From: a virus
DNA: 64,000 nt
IMG/VR virus record: IMGVR_UViG_3300025652_000055
Location: 3,272-67,271 of that record
Direction: 5' to 3' (one strand)
The notes under the pieces are model-generated. The model was not told where the DNA came from and did no database searches. It saw nothing but the letters and a program-made list of their open reading frames with translations. Positions within the stretch are counted from its first letter, which is position 1, and every line of letters starts with the position of its first letter. Both the position numbers and the translations under genes were made by a program. Positions 9,298 through 20,382 of the stretch are shown here, in pieces.

Positions 9298-11316
9298 ATG
9301 GCAAATATAAACGATAAAATACGAGGTAAAAGACTGTTTAAACAAGGTCTTGCTAGCCAAGAAGCTGTAAAAGGTGGTGATGGAGAAGTAACTGTTTCTA
9401 AACAAAAGTCAGATGAACTTGCTGGTTTAACAGATATTAGTGAAGTTTACAACGATGAAGGTTTATTTCAATCAAATAAGTTTTTAATAAAACACGTTGA
9501 AGACGTAAGATCGGATGTAGAGGAAATACATACATTTATAAAAGACGCTTTTGGTAGAGATTCTTCTCAAGCTGCTTCTCAAGGAGCTAAGGGTGATACT
9601 GGGTCTAGAGGGCCTAAGGGTGACGCGGGTGTTCAAGGTGCTACTGGACCGCAAGGGTCGACTGGCGCAAAAGGTAGCACAGGTTCAACCGGACCACAAG
9701 GTCCTAGAGGTTTAGCTGGTTCAAACGGGACAAATGGTACAAATGGAGCAAAAGGCGACACAGGATCACAAGGTCCACAAGGTGTTGCTGGAGCTAAAGG
9801 AAATACAGGTTCAACAGGGCCAACAGGTCCAACCGGACCAAAAGGTAATACTGGATCTCAAGGCCCACAGGGAATACAAGGCTCACAGGGTAGTGCAGGA
9901 TGGGGTATATCAATGCAAGGTCAAGTTTCCGCATCATCTGGTTTACCATCAAGTGGTAATTCAAATGGTGACGCTTATATAGTGCAATCAGATGATTCTA
10001 TATGGGTGTGGACATCAGCAGATGGATGGGTTTCAGGTGGATCTATTAAAGGTACGCAAGGTGTAAAAGGTAACACTGGATCTCAAGGACCACAAGGGGC
10101 TAAGGGTAACACTGGTAGTCAAGGTCCTCAAGGAATACAAGGAATACAAGGACCAGCTGGTCCAAAAGGAAACACTGGATCAACAGGTGGTATAGGACCA
10201 CAAGGTCCAAAAGGTAATACCGGTGCAACAGGTTTACAAGGTGCGGCTGGTAATGATGGTGCTGATGGTAGTAATGGATCAACAGGACCACAAGGCCCAA
10301 AAGGTAATACTGGAGCTGTAGGAGCTGCTGGAGGAACTGGCCCAGCTGGAGCTAAAGGAAATACAGGCTCTCAAGGAGCCACGGGTCCACAAGGACCTAG
10401 AGGATATACTGGTGCGGCTGGCTCTAACGGTACCGATGGTGCTAAAGGAGATAAAGGTGATACAGGACCTACTGGACCAACAGGACCAAAAGGTTCAACT
10501 GGAGCTGCTGGAGCAGTTGGTTCTCAAGGACCAAGAGGATATACAGGATTAACAGGACCTGCAGGGACAAATGGAACAAACGGAAGTCAAGGACCTAAAG
10601 GTAATACAGGCTCCGCAGGCGCAACAGGACCAAAAGGAGACAAAGGAGATCCCGGAGCTACTGGTGGTACAGGAGCGCAAGGGCCAAGAGGATATACTGG
10701 TGCCGCAGGAGGTACTGGTCCACAAGGACCTGCCGGAGCAAAAGGCTCAACAGGTGCGGCTGGCGCAAAAGGTGATACTGGAGCAGCGGGTACAAACGGT
10801 ACAAACGGAAGTCAAGGACCTAAAGGAGACAAAGGTAGTACTGGATCAACTGGGCCTCAAGGAGCACCAGGATTAGCAGGAGCTACTGGACCTCAAGGTG
10901 CTAAGGGTAATACTGGATCTACCGGTTCGCAAGGACCAACAGGACCAGCTGGTTCAACATCATATTCTGCAGGTAATTTAACAAGTCAAGGTTATGGTAG
11001 CGGTAATCTTACATGGCGACAAGGCTCTACTAATTTTGCTGGCCACACAGGTTGGGCTAGTAATATAATAAGTAACCACGGTGATGGATCTAACTATTAT
11101 AATCAAATGATAACACTGCCTTTCTGGGGAGCTCCTAGCTATTCTAGATTAGAAGGTGGTACTCAAAAAGGGCCATGGGTTTTCTTAACAGAAGAAAATC
11201 AGGGTAACTATATAAATGGATTTTCTGGCGAACAAGAAGTTATTGTTCCAGACGGCAAAGGCACTAAAACTGTAACTTTTGGTTACCAAAATGGTTTATT
11301 AAAATCAATAAAATAA
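9298..11316 (+). CDS. collagen-like tail fibre protein
   Basis: Long Gly-X-Y runs (about 9580-10950) interrupted by a GDAYIV..WVW domain. Confidence 0.85.
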   Translation: MANINDKIRGKRLFKQGLASQEAVKGGDGEVTVSKQKSDELAGLTDISEVYNDEGLFQSNKFLIKHVEDVRSDVEEIHTFIKDAFGRDSSQAASQGAKGDTGSRGPKGDAGVQGATGPQGSTGAKGSTGSTGPQGPRGLAGSNGTNGTNGAKGDTGSQGPQGVAGAKGNTGSTGPTGPTGPKGNTGSQGPQGIQGSQGSAGWGISMQGQVSASSGLPSSGNSNGDAYIVQSDDSIWVWTSADGWVSGGSIKGTQGVKGNTGSQGPQGAKGNTGSQGPQGIQGIQGPAGPKGNTGSTGGIGPQGPKGNTGATGLQGAAGNDGADGSNGSTGPQGPKGNTGAVGAAGGTGPAGAKGNTGSQGATGPQGPRGYTGAAGSNGTDGAKGDKGDTGPTGPTGPKGSTGAAGAVGSQGPRGYTGLTGPAGTNGTNGSQGPKGNTGSAGATGPKGDKGDPGATGGTGAQGPRGYTGAAGGTGPQGPAGAKGSTGAAGAKGDTGAAGTNGTNGSQGPKGDKGSTGSTGPQGAPGLAGATGPQGAKGNTGSTGSQGPTGPAGSTSYSAGNLTSQGYGSGNLTWRQGSTNFAGHTGWASNIISNHGDGSNYYNQMITLPFWGAPSYSRLEGGTQKGPWVFLTEENQGNYINGFSGEQEVIVPDGKGTKTVTFGYQNGLLKSIK

Positions 11317-11322
11317 ATAAAA

Positions 11323-11664
11323 ATGGCAATTACTTACAAATTTGAAATTCACAAAATAAACGCACTTGTTGAATCGCAAGGAAAAACAAACTTAATAACT
11401 AGAGTACATTACACCTATTCTGGCTCTAAAGATGTTAGTGGTACTAAATATTCTGCAGACATAGGTGGTACGCAAAGCTTTGAGTATACAGATGGAGATG
11501 ATTTTGTAGCTTACGAAAACACAGAAGCATTTGAGCGTATCGTAGTTGGGTGGTTAGAAACAGCTTTAGACCTAAGTGAATTACAGAGTCGTATCACAAG
11601 TATTATAGACGAAAAAATAACACCAGTTGATAATGATCTTTATTTTACATGGCAAGACTCATAA
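11323..11664 (+). CDS. tail-fibre-associated hypothetical protein
   Basis: 113 aa, directly follows the fibre genes. Confidence 0.55.
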   Translation: MAITYKFEIHKINALVESQGKTNLITRVHYTYSGSKDVSGTKYSADIGGTQSFEYTDGDDFVAYENTEAFERIVVGWLETALDLSELQSRITSIIDEKITPVDNDLYFTWQDS

Positions 11665-11727
11665 CATTTATAAATTAAAAGAAATAAGTGATTAGTATAT
11701 ATAGGATTAATAATTAAATATAATAAA

Positions 11728-11982
11728 ATGGCAAAAAAAATTAAAAAACAAGAATTACAGGATTTACAAGCTTTAGTTGGCGAGATAAATCAAATAAAAT
11801 TGCAAATAGGTGATATTGAAGTACAAAAACATATGTTACTTCACAAAGCCGCTTCAATTGAAAGCAATGAGCTAAAAGAATTTCAAGAGAAGCTAGAAGA
11901 TGCTTATGGTAAAGTTAACGTGAGTATCTCTGATGGCTCTATAACAGAAATAGAACAAGATGAGCCTAGTAAGAAAGATTAG
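11728..11982 (+). CDS. coiled-coil hypothetical protein
   Basis: Heptad pattern ending LEDAYGKVNVSISDG. Confidence 0.6.
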   Translation: MAKKIKKQELQDLQALVGEINQIKLQIGDIEVQKHMLLHKAASIESNELKEFQEKLEDAYGKVNVSISDGSITEIEQDEPSKKD

Positions 11983-12178
11983 TATAGGTAAAGACTATAA
12001 AAACGATTCAATGCATTACTCCGTGGGCCAAGAGGTTTACGGAGGACATGTTATTGATTGTATTCTTGAAGAAAAAGACAAGTACTGTATATTTATTAAA
12101 AAAGGTGTAGATGTTTTACCGTGGAAAGACTTTAATAAAAACATGGCTATTTCTGTTGAATACAACTTGGATTATTAA
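11960..12178 (+). CDS. hypothetical protein
   Basis: 72 aa, overlaps both neighbours. Confidence 0.6.
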   Translation: MSLVRKISIGKDYKNDSMHYSVGQEVYGGHVIDCILEEKDKYCIFIKKGVDVLPWKDFNKNMAISVEYNLDY

Positions 12179-12774
12179 TGAAGAGTGTAACAAACTTTAT
12201 AGTAAAACCTAAAAACAAAAGATACAACAACACTAAAAAAATAGGTGATAAAGAGTTAATATTAAACACGGAAATATTTACTCACCAAAACGTAAGCAGA
12301 AATGCTATTGTTTTGCAGACGCCAACAGTGGGTTGCACAGACATAAAGCAAGGTGACGAAGTAATAGTACATCACAACGTTTTTAGAAGATGGAAAGATA
12401 TAAGAAATAAAGAGAAAAACTCTAAGGCTTTTTACAAAGAAGATATGTATTTTGTAATGCCTGATCAAATATTTGCTTATAAAAGAAACAGCGTCTGGAA
12501 CGCAGTTAAAGGTTTTAGCTTTATAAAACCACTAGAAAACCAAGATAACTTCTCTATGGACAAGGAAATGCCTTTAATAGGCATCGTAAGACACGTAGAT
12601 CCAGAATTAAAAAGCCAAAATATAAAATTAAACTCTTTAGTAGGTTTTAAACCTAACTCAGAATATGAGTTTGTTATTGAAGGCGAAAGACTTTATAGAG
12701 TTCCAACATTTGCAATTACAATTAAATATGAATATCAAGGAAACGAAAAAGAATATAATCCAAGCTGGTCATAA
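12178..12774 (+). CDS. GroES-like co-chaperonin domain protein
   Basis: FIVKP...AIVLQTP...IKQGDEVIVHH; second repeat FIKPL...EYEFVIEGERLYRV. Confidence 0.55.
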   Translation: MKSVTNFIVKPKNKRYNNTKKIGDKELILNTEIFTHQNVSRNAIVLQTPTVGCTDIKQGDEVIVHHNVFRRWKDIRNKEKNSKAFYKEDMYFVMPDQIFAYKRNSVWNAVKGFSFIKPLENQDNFSMDKEMPLIGIVRHVDPELKSQNIKLNSLVGFKPNSEYEFVIEGERLYRVPTFAITIKYEYQGNEKEYNPSWS

Positions 12775-13003
12775 AGCTGTTGAAGAGCTTATAAAAGTAG
12801 CTGGTGAAAAAATAGTTGATTCAGGAGACGATATATCTGCAGATAGATTAAAGAACGCTGCAGCTACTAAAAAGTTAGCTATATTTGATGCTTTCGAGAT
12901 ATTAAATAGAATACAAGACGAAGAGGATATGCTTAACAATGTTGTAAAAGCAGAGGTTGAAGAAACATCATTTGGTGGTTTTGCAGAAAGAAGATCTAAG
13001 TAA
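12728..13003 (+). CDS. putative terminase small subunit
   Basis: Helical 91-aa ORF (start MNIKETKK) coupled directly to terL. Confidence 0.5.
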   Translation: MNIKETKKNIIQAGHKAVEELIKVAGEKIVDSGDDISADRLKNAAATKKLAIFDAFEILNRIQDEEDMLNNVVKAEVEETSFGGFAERRSK

Positions 13004-15216
13004 TGTACAAGCAGAGTCTATACAAGGTTGTAGAACCTATTAAAATAAATACCATAAAAAGACTTAATAAGTCTAAAAAATGGAAGTACGGATATAACAA
13101 AGAACACGACATTGTTGTTATATCTAAAACGGGTCAGATAGGTGAAATATATGAAATACAAAATTTTCAAATAGCATTACCAAAACACACAGATGTTTAT
13201 AAATTTGATAGTGACAAATGGGAGGTAAATGAATATCCCTCTGAGTTAAAAAGAATAAAAACTATATTTGATTGGAAAAATTATCCAGATGATTTTAAGA
13301 AAAAATATATAGATTACATAGAAAGTGAGTTTAAAAAAAGAGAAGAAGGTTTTTGGTATTACAATAAAGGCGTTCCTACTTATATTACTGGTACTCACTA
13401 CATGTACTTGCAATGGTCCAAGATTGATGTTGGGCAACCAGACTTTAGAGAAGCAAATAGATTATTCTATATATTCTGGGAAGCTTGTAAAGCAGATACA
13501 AGATGCTACGGAATGTGTTATCTTAAAAATAGACGTTCAGGATTCTCTTTTATGGCTTCAGGAGAAACAGTTAACCAAGCCACAATATCATCTGACGCTA
13601 GGTTCGGTATTTTATCTAAATCAGGACCAGATGCTAAAAAAATGTTTACCGATAAAGTCGTGCCAATATCAGTTAACTACCCTTTCTTCTTTAAACCAAT
13701 ACAAGACGGTATGGATCGTCCAAAAACAGAATTAGCATATAGAGTACCAGCTAGCAAGTTAACAAGAAGAAGTATTGTAAGTTCTGAAAAACCAGAAGAA
13801 TTAGAGGGATTAGATACAACTATTGATTGGAAAAACACAGGTGACAATAGTTATGATGGTGAAAAGCTTAAGTTACTAGTACACGATGAGTCTGGTAAGT
13901 GGGAGAGACCTAACAACATATTAAACAACTGGAGAGTTACAAAGACAACACTTAGACTAGGTTCTAGAATAATAGGTAAGTGTATGATGGGAAGTACGTC
14001 AAACGCTTTAGATAAAGGTGGAGACAATTTTAAGAAACTATATAAAAATTCAGATGTTACAAAAAGAAACCGCAATGGACAGACAAGCTCGGGACTATAT
14101 AGTTTGTTCATACCTATGGAATGGAACTACGAAGGATTCATTGATTCTTATGGGTTACCTGTCTTCGACACGCCTGACACAGAAAAAATTGGGCCTTTTG
14201 GCGAGACTATAGACACAGGTATATTAGAGCATTGGCAAAATGAAGTAGATGGATTAAAGAACGATGGTGATGCTTTAAATGAATTTTATAGGCAATTCCC
14301 AAGAACTGAAGAACACGCTTTCAGAGACGAAACAAAAAACAGTATATTTAATTTAGCAAAAATATACGAGCAAATAGATTTTAACGAGGATTTAAATAAT
14401 ACATCTCAAATTACAGTAGGTAGTTTTCAGTGGGTTAATGGTATAAAAGATTCTAAGGTAATGTTTTATCCAAATCCAGATGGAAGATTTAAAGTTAGCT
14501 GGGTTCCACCTATAAACAAACAGAATTACAGTGTAATTAAAAACGGCATTAAATATCCAGGCAATGAGCACATGGGTGCTTTTGGTTGTGACAGTTATGA
14601 CATATCAGGTACCGTTGATGGTAAAGGATCTAATGGCGCGCTGCATGGGTTGACAAAGTTTAGTATGGAAGATTGTCCACCTAATCAATTTTTTTTAGAA
14701 TATGTAGCTAGACCACAAACCGCTGAGATATTTTTTGAAGACGTTTTAATGGCGCTTATATTTTATGGGATGCCTTTACTTGCTGAAAATAATAAACCTC
14801 GTCTATTGTATTATTTAAGAAGACGTGGTTATAGAGGTTATTCTATGAATAGACCTGACAGAGTTTGGAACAAGCTTTCAACAGCTGAAAAAGAAGTAGG
14901 TGGTATACCTAACTCAAGTGAAGATATTAAGCAAGCACACGCTGCTGCTATTGAAATGTATATACAAGATCATGTTGGATTAAAGTCTGACAATACGTAT
15001 GGAACATGCTATTTTAACGAAACATTACAAGACTGGGCAAAGTTTGACATTAATAATCGTACAAAGTTTGATGCGGCTATTAGTTCAGGATTAGCTATCA
15101 TGGCTTGTAATAGACATTTATACAGAGCAAACCCCATTATGAAAAAAGAAAAATTAAACTTAAGCATAGCTAAATACGGACAATCAGGTATGCGTTCAAA
15201 ACTAATAGAAAATTAA
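13003..15216 (+). CDS. terL: terminase large subunit
   Basis: Walker A-like KNRRSGFS, Walker B LLVHDESGK, nuclease GCDSYD; located before the portal. Confidence 0.9.
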   Translation: MYKQSLYKVVEPIKINTIKRLNKSKKWKYGYNKEHDIVVISKTGQIGEIYEIQNFQIALPKHTDVYKFDSDKWEVNEYPSELKRIKTIFDWKNYPDDFKKKYIDYIESEFKKREEGFWYYNKGVPTYITGTHYMYLQWSKIDVGQPDFREANRLFYIFWEACKADTRCYGMCYLKNRRSGFSFMASGETVNQATISSDARFGILSKSGPDAKKMFTDKVVPISVNYPFFFKPIQDGMDRPKTELAYRVPASKLTRRSIVSSEKPEELEGLDTTIDWKNTGDNSYDGEKLKLLVHDESGKWERPNNILNNWRVTKTTLRLGSRIIGKCMMGSTSNALDKGGDNFKKLYKNSDVTKRNRNGQTSSGLYSLFIPMEWNYEGFIDSYGLPVFDTPDTEKIGPFGETIDTGILEHWQNEVDGLKNDGDALNEFYRQFPRTEEHAFRDETKNSIFNLAKIYEQIDFNEDLNNTSQITVGSFQWVNGIKDSKVMFYPNPDGRFKVSWVPPINKQNYSVIKNGIKYPGNEHMGAFGCDSYDISGTVDGKGSNGALHGLTKFSMEDCPPNQFFLEYVARPQTAEIFFEDVLMALIFYGMPLLAENNKPRLLYYLRRRGYRGYSMNRPDRVWNKLSTAEKEVGGIPNSSEDIKQAHAAAIEMYIQDHVGLKSDNTYGTCYFNETLQDWAKFDINNRTKFDAAISSGLAIMACNRHLYRANPIMKKEKLNLSIAKYGQSGMRSKLIEN

Positions 15217-15217
15217 T

Positions 15218-17641
15218 ATGGCTGAGTCAGTTGTAAAAGGTTATTTTCCGAGTCAAGTTGTACCTGACGCAGAGAAGTTAAGCGCCGAATATGGTTTACA
15301 AGTAGGTAAAGCCATAGAGTATGAATGGTTTGATGGATCTACATCTAATCAAAGATATAATCAGCACCAAGCTGAGTTTCATAAATTGAGACTATATGCT
15401 AGAGGTGAACAACCTATACAAAAGTATAAAGATGAATTATCTGTTAATGGAGATTTATCTTATTTAAATTTAGACTGGAAACCAGTTCCTATTGTACCAA
15501 AATTTGTAGATATAGTTGTTAACGGTATATCAGAAAGATCGTTTGATATAAAGTGTTATTCTCAAGATCCTTATGGTATAGAGAAAAGAACTAAGTACAT
15601 GGAGTCTATATTAAGAGACATGAAAACTAAAGATTTAAACTTATTTGCTGAAGAAGCATTTGGTATATCTTTGTTTGAGTCGCCTCCAGAGTTACTACCA
15701 AACTCACAAGAAGAGCTAGACTTACATATGAAGCTTAGTTATAAGCAAGGTATAGAACTAGCTGAAGAGCAAGCTATAAACGTTTTGCTTAAAGGTAATA
15801 GATATGATCTTACTAAAAAAAGAGTAAATTACGACTTAGCAACCATAGGAATAGGTTGTGTTAAAAATACATTTACAAAATCAGAAGGAGTAAAGGTTGA
15901 ATACGTTGATCCAGCTAATATAGTTTATTCATATACAGAAGATCCAGATTTTCAAGATATATATTACGTAGGTGAAATAAAAACTATACCTATAAACGAA
16001 CTTAAAAAAGAGTTTCCTGATTTAACAGATGAAGATTTAAAGGCTATACAAAGTCAAAGCATCCATCAAAATAGTTATTCAACTAATAGATATAATTCTT
16101 CTCATTACGATGATAAGAATCAAATACAAGTTTTGTACTTTAACTACAAGACTTATATGAATGAAGTTTATAAAGTTAAAGAAACAGCTACAGGAGCTGA
16201 AAAAATAATATTAAGAGATGATACTTTTGATCCACCTATCAATGAAATGACAGGTAATTTTGGTAAAATATCAAGATCATTAGAAGTTTTATATGAAGGT
16301 TGTTTAATTTTAGGTACAGATTATCTTTTGAGATGGGAAATGGCTAAAAATATGATGAGGCCTAAAAGTGATTATAGTAAAGTTAAAATGAACTACGCTA
16401 TAAACGCTCCTAGAATGTACAAAGGTAGAATTGATTCATTAGTAAAACGTATAACAGGGTTTGCTGACATGATTCAACTAACACACCTTAAGCTTCAACA
16501 GGTTATGTCTAGAATGGTTCCAGACGGTGTTTACTTAGACGCTGACGGACTAGCTGAAGTTGATCTTGGTAATGGTACAAATTATAATCCTCAAGAAGCG
16601 TTAAATATGTTCTTTCAGACGGGATCTATAATAGGTAGGTCTTTTACTTCTGAAGGAGATATGAATCCAGGTAAGGTACCTATTCAAGAAATACAAAGCG
16701 GTAGTGGTGGTCAGAAAATACAAAGCTTGATAACAAACTACAACTACTATATGCAGATGATAAGAGACGTCACCGGTTTAAATGAAGCTAGAGACGGTAG
16801 TACTCCAGATAGTAGAGCTTTAGTAGGTGTTCAAAAACTAGCTGCTGCAAATTCAAACACAGCAACAAGGCATATATTACAGTCTGGTTTAGCTTTAACT
16901 CAAGAGTTAGCGGAAGGCTTGTCTCTTAGAATATCTGACATATTAGAGTTTTCTCCAACAAAAGAGGCTTTTATACAAAAAATAGGAAATCAAAACGTAG
17001 GTATATTAGAAGATATATCTAATCTATATTTACATGATTTTGGTATATTTATAGAGTTAACACCTGATGATGAAGAAAAAGCTGTTTTAGAAAACAACAT
17101 ACAAGCAGCTGTTGCAGGTGGTTTAATAGATTTAGAAGACGCTATAGATCTTAGAGAGATAAAAAACATAAAGCTAGCAAACCAACTATTAAAGCAAAGA
17201 AGAAAAAAGAAACAAGACAGAGATCAACAGATACAACAAGAGAATATGCAGGCTCAAGCTCAAGCAAATGCTCAGGCTCAGCAGGTTGCAGCTCAAGCTG
17301 AAGTACAAAAATCTCAAGCTCTTTTTCAAATTCAATCTCAAATGGAGCAGCTTAAGGGCCAAATGAAGTCTCAACAAATGCAACAAGAAGCTATGTTGAA
17401 GAAAGATTTAATGACCTTAGAGTTTGAATTTAATATGAAGCTAAAAGGAATTGAAGCTGATGGCGCTAAAAACAAAGAAGCTTACAAGGAAGATCGTAAA
17501 GACGAAAGAACAAAAATACAAGCAACTCAACAAAGCGAGTTGATAGATCAAAGAAAAAATGACTCATCACCTAAAGATTTTGAATCTGCAGGTAATGACA
17601 ACATGAGTGGTTTTGACATGGGCCAGTTTGGACCTATGTAA
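15218..17641 (+). CDS. portal protein
   Basis: 807 aa after terL; PIVPKFVDIVVN, TGLNEARDG, Q-rich C-terminal coil. Confidence 0.85.
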   Translation: MAESVVKGYFPSQVVPDAEKLSAEYGLQVGKAIEYEWFDGSTSNQRYNQHQAEFHKLRLYARGEQPIQKYKDELSVNGDLSYLNLDWKPVPIVPKFVDIVVNGISERSFDIKCYSQDPYGIEKRTKYMESILRDMKTKDLNLFAEEAFGISLFESPPELLPNSQEELDLHMKLSYKQGIELAEEQAINVLLKGNRYDLTKKRVNYDLATIGIGCVKNTFTKSEGVKVEYVDPANIVYSYTEDPDFQDIYYVGEIKTIPINELKKEFPDLTDEDLKAIQSQSIHQNSYSTNRYNSSHYDDKNQIQVLYFNYKTYMNEVYKVKETATGAEKIILRDDTFDPPINEMTGNFGKISRSLEVLYEGCLILGTDYLLRWEMAKNMMRPKSDYSKVKMNYAINAPRMYKGRIDSLVKRITGFADMIQLTHLKLQQVMSRMVPDGVYLDADGLAEVDLGNGTNYNPQEALNMFFQTGSIIGRSFTSEGDMNPGKVPIQEIQSGSGGQKIQSLITNYNYYMQMIRDVTGLNEARDGSTPDSRALVGVQKLAAANSNTATRHILQSGLALTQELAEGLSLRISDILEFSPTKEAFIQKIGNQNVGILEDISNLYLHDFGIFIELTPDDEEKAVLENNIQAAVAGGLIDLEDAIDLREIKNIKLANQLLKQRRKKKQDRDQQIQQENMQAQAQANAQAQQVAAQAEVQKSQALFQIQSQMEQLKGQMKSQQMQQEAMLKKDLMTLEFEFNMKLKGIEADGAKNKEAYKEDRKDERTKIQATQQSELIDQRKNDSSPKDFESAGNDNMSGFDMGQFGPM

Positions 17642-17671
17642 TTAATTTTTATAATTTTATAATATTTTATT

Positions 17672-18820
17672 ATGGCTAAAGAAGAAAAAGTAGTCGATCA
17701 AGCTGTGGAAGAAATAAATCCACAAGTTGAAGAGACTGTAGAAGGTGATCTAGTACCTGAAGTTACTGTTAAAGAAGATGGTACACACAAAATAGATTTT
17801 GACAAACTAGTAGCTAAACCAATTAAAGGTGAGGTTGCAAAGCAAGACGTCAAAGAAAAAAAGGTTGAAGAAGCTGTGGCTAAAGAACCAGTAAACGAAG
17901 AACCTATTGTTTTAGAAGAAGTAACGCAAGAAGTTGTTCAAGAGAAAGTTGAGGAACTTGAAGAGCAGATAGAACAAGCTGTTGTTGAAGAGGCTGTGGG
18001 TATAGATTTACCTGACAACATTAAAAAAGTAGTAGACTTTGTAAACGAAACAGGTGGTAGCCTAGAAGATTACGTAAAGTTAAACCAAGATGTAGACGCT
18101 TTAAATGAAGAGCAGTTGTTGGTTGAGTACTACCAAATCACAAGACCTCACTTAGATCCATCTGAGATAAACTTTTTAATAGAAGATAAATTCGCTATTG
18201 AAGAAGATATGGAAGATGAAAGAGATATTAAAAGAAAAAAACTAGCTAGAAAAGAAGAATTAGCAAACGCTAAGAATCATCTAAACGGTTTAAAAACAAA
18301 ATACTATGAAGAGATCAAAGCTGGCTCTAGGTTAGCACCTGAGCAACAGAAGGCTGTAGATTTTTTCAATAGATATAACAAAGACAAAGAGGTTGCTGAA
18401 AAGCAAACTCAAACTTTCAACAATAAAACTAACCAAGTTTTTAATGACGATTTCAAAGGTTTTGAATACAAAGTCGGAGACAAGAGGTATAGGTTTAATG
18501 TTAAAAACCCGAATGAAGTAAAAGACAACCAAAGCAACATCAATAATTTTGTTAAGAAGTTTCTTAATAAAAACAACGAGATGCAAGATGCTACTGGTTA
18601 TCATAAATCTTTATTCACTGCAATGAATCCTGACGCAATTGCAAACCATTTTTACGAACAAGGAAAAGCTGATGCCATGAAGCAAAGTATTGCTGCTACG
18701 AAAAACATTAGTATGGATCCTAGGAAAGGTCAAGGTGCTGCGCCTCAACAAGGTACAACATATAGATCTATCGATGCAGATGGTCAGTCGGTTAAGTGGG
18801 GATTTAAAAAACGAAAATAA
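17672..18820 (+). CDS. putative capsid scaffold protein
   Basis: Acidic N-terminus, helical, located between portal and capsid genes. Confidence 0.6.
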   Translation: MAKEEKVVDQAVEEINPQVEETVEGDLVPEVTVKEDGTHKIDFDKLVAKPIKGEVAKQDVKEKKVEEAVAKEPVNEEPIVLEEVTQEVVQEKVEELEEQIEQAVVEEAVGIDLPDNIKKVVDFVNETGGSLEDYVKLNQDVDALNEEQLLVEYYQITRPHLDPSEINFLIEDKFAIEEDMEDERDIKRKKLARKEELANAKNHLNGLKTKYYEEIKAGSRLAPEQQKAVDFFNRYNKDKEVAEKQTQTFNNKTNQVFNDDFKGFEYKVGDKRYRFNVKNPNEVKDNQSNINNFVKKFLNKNNEMQDATGYHKSLFTAMNPDAIANHFYEQGKADAMKQSIAATKNISMDPRKGQGAAPQQGTTYRSIDADGQSVKWGFKKRK

Positions 18821-18847
18821 ATTAACAAAACTTAAAAATTAAAAATT

Positions 18848-20302
18848 ATGGCTTTAGCTGGAACTGGCGCTGAGTTATCACACGTGGTACCTCGCCCAAA
18901 CAAACTTGCATATGACAACAACTATTTGTCAATTGCAGACAATGATTTTAACTTTGCAAAACAATTCTTACCAGAAGTATATGAGAAAGAAGTAGAAAGA
19001 TACGGTAACCGTACTATCTCTGGTTTCTTAAGAATGGTAGGAGCTGAAATGCCTATGGCTTCTGACGAAGTTGTGTGGTCTGAACAAGGTAGAATCCATG
19101 TAGCATCTAACAACGCTACAATCGCAAACGTAAACGGAACAAGTGACGCGATTACATTAGTAACTGATCCTGCTGGAAACGGTGACGGATTAACTGCTGC
19201 TCAACAAGCTGCTTTATATTCTAAAGGAGATACATTAGTAGTTTCTCAAGGAAATAAAACAGTAAAAGCAAGAGTACAAGGTATAGCGGGAGTTGTACTT
19301 ACGGTATCTGCTTACGACTATGCTGCTATCCAAGCGGCTGGTGCTGGAAATGCTGGATTTGCTGCTGCTGCGGTAAAACTATTCATCTTTGGTTCTGAGT
19401 ATGCAAAAGGAACAGACAATGCTGACCAAGCATCTGTAGATTCTCCTTTCACTAAATTTACTAACAAACCAATCATATTAAAAGGTAAGTATTCTATCTC
19501 AGGATCTGATACTGCTCAAATCGGTTGGGTTGAAGTAGCTACTGAAGCTGGTGCTTCTGGTTACTTATGGTACTTAAAATCTGAATCTGAAACAAGAATT
19601 AGATTTGAGGACAAATTAGAAATGGCAATGATTGAAGCTGAGAAAACTGTAGCTGGATCTGGTCTTGCTGGATCTTTTGGTGGATCTGAAGGTTTATTTG
19701 CTGCTGTTGAATCTAGAGGATTGGTTTACAACAACCAAGACTTTGGAAACGCTGTACCTGCAAGTGGTATTCAAGAATTTGATAACATCTTACAAGAATT
19801 AGACAAGCAAGGAGCTATCGAAGAGAACATGATGTTCTTAGATAGAGCTACTAACTTATCTATCGATAAAATGTTAGCTAATCAAAATTCTTACGGAGCT
19901 GGAGGTACATCTTACGGTGTATTCGATAATTCTGAGGATATGGCTTTAAATTTAGGTTTCTCTGGTTTCAGACGTGGATCTTACGATTTCTACAAATCTG
20001 ACTGGAAATACTTAAACGATGCTACTACTCGTGGATTAATTGCTGACGTAGAAGGTATCATGGTACCTGCAGGAACAAGTACAGTATACGACCAATCATT
20101 AGGTAAAAATATCTCAAGACCTTTCTTACACATCCGTTACAGAGCTTCTGAAGCAGATGACAGAAAAATGAAGTCTTGGATCACTGGATCTGTTGGTGGA
20201 AACTTTACTTCCGACTTAGATAGCATGACTGTAAACTTCTTATCAGAAAGATGTTTATGTGTACAAGCTGCTAACAACTTTGTTTTACTTAAAAAAGTAT
20301 AA
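18848..20302 (+). CDS. major capsid protein
   Basis: 484 aa, strong codon bias, position after scaffold, followed by a hairpin. Confidence 0.85.
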   Translation: MALAGTGAELSHVVPRPNKLAYDNNYLSIADNDFNFAKQFLPEVYEKEVERYGNRTISGFLRMVGAEMPMASDEVVWSEQGRIHVASNNATIANVNGTSDAITLVTDPAGNGDGLTAAQQAALYSKGDTLVVSQGNKTVKARVQGIAGVVLTVSAYDYAAIQAAGAGNAGFAAAAVKLFIFGSEYAKGTDNADQASVDSPFTKFTNKPIILKGKYSISGSDTAQIGWVEVATEAGASGYLWYLKSESETRIRFEDKLEMAMIEAEKTVAGSGLAGSFGGSEGLFAAVESRGLVYNNQDFGNAVPASGIQEFDNILQELDKQGAIEENMMFLDRATNLSIDKMLANQNSYGAGGTSYGVFDNSEDMALNLGFSGFRRGSYDFYKSDWKYLNDATTRGLIADVEGIMVPAGTSTVYDQSLGKNISRPFLHIRYRASEADDRKMKSWITGSVGGNFTSDLDSMTVNFLSERCLCVQAANNFVLLKKV

Positions 20303-20310
20303 CATAACAA

Positions 20311-20354
20311 AAGTAATTCTTACCCTCGTTGTAATTACGGGGGTAACTATTACT
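20311..20354 (+). terminator. hairpin/terminator after the capsid gene
   Basis: AGTAAT..TTACCCTCGT / ACGGGGGTAA..ATTACT inverted repeat. Confidence 0.55.
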
Positions 20355-20382
20355 CTTATAAATTATTTAATTATATTATATC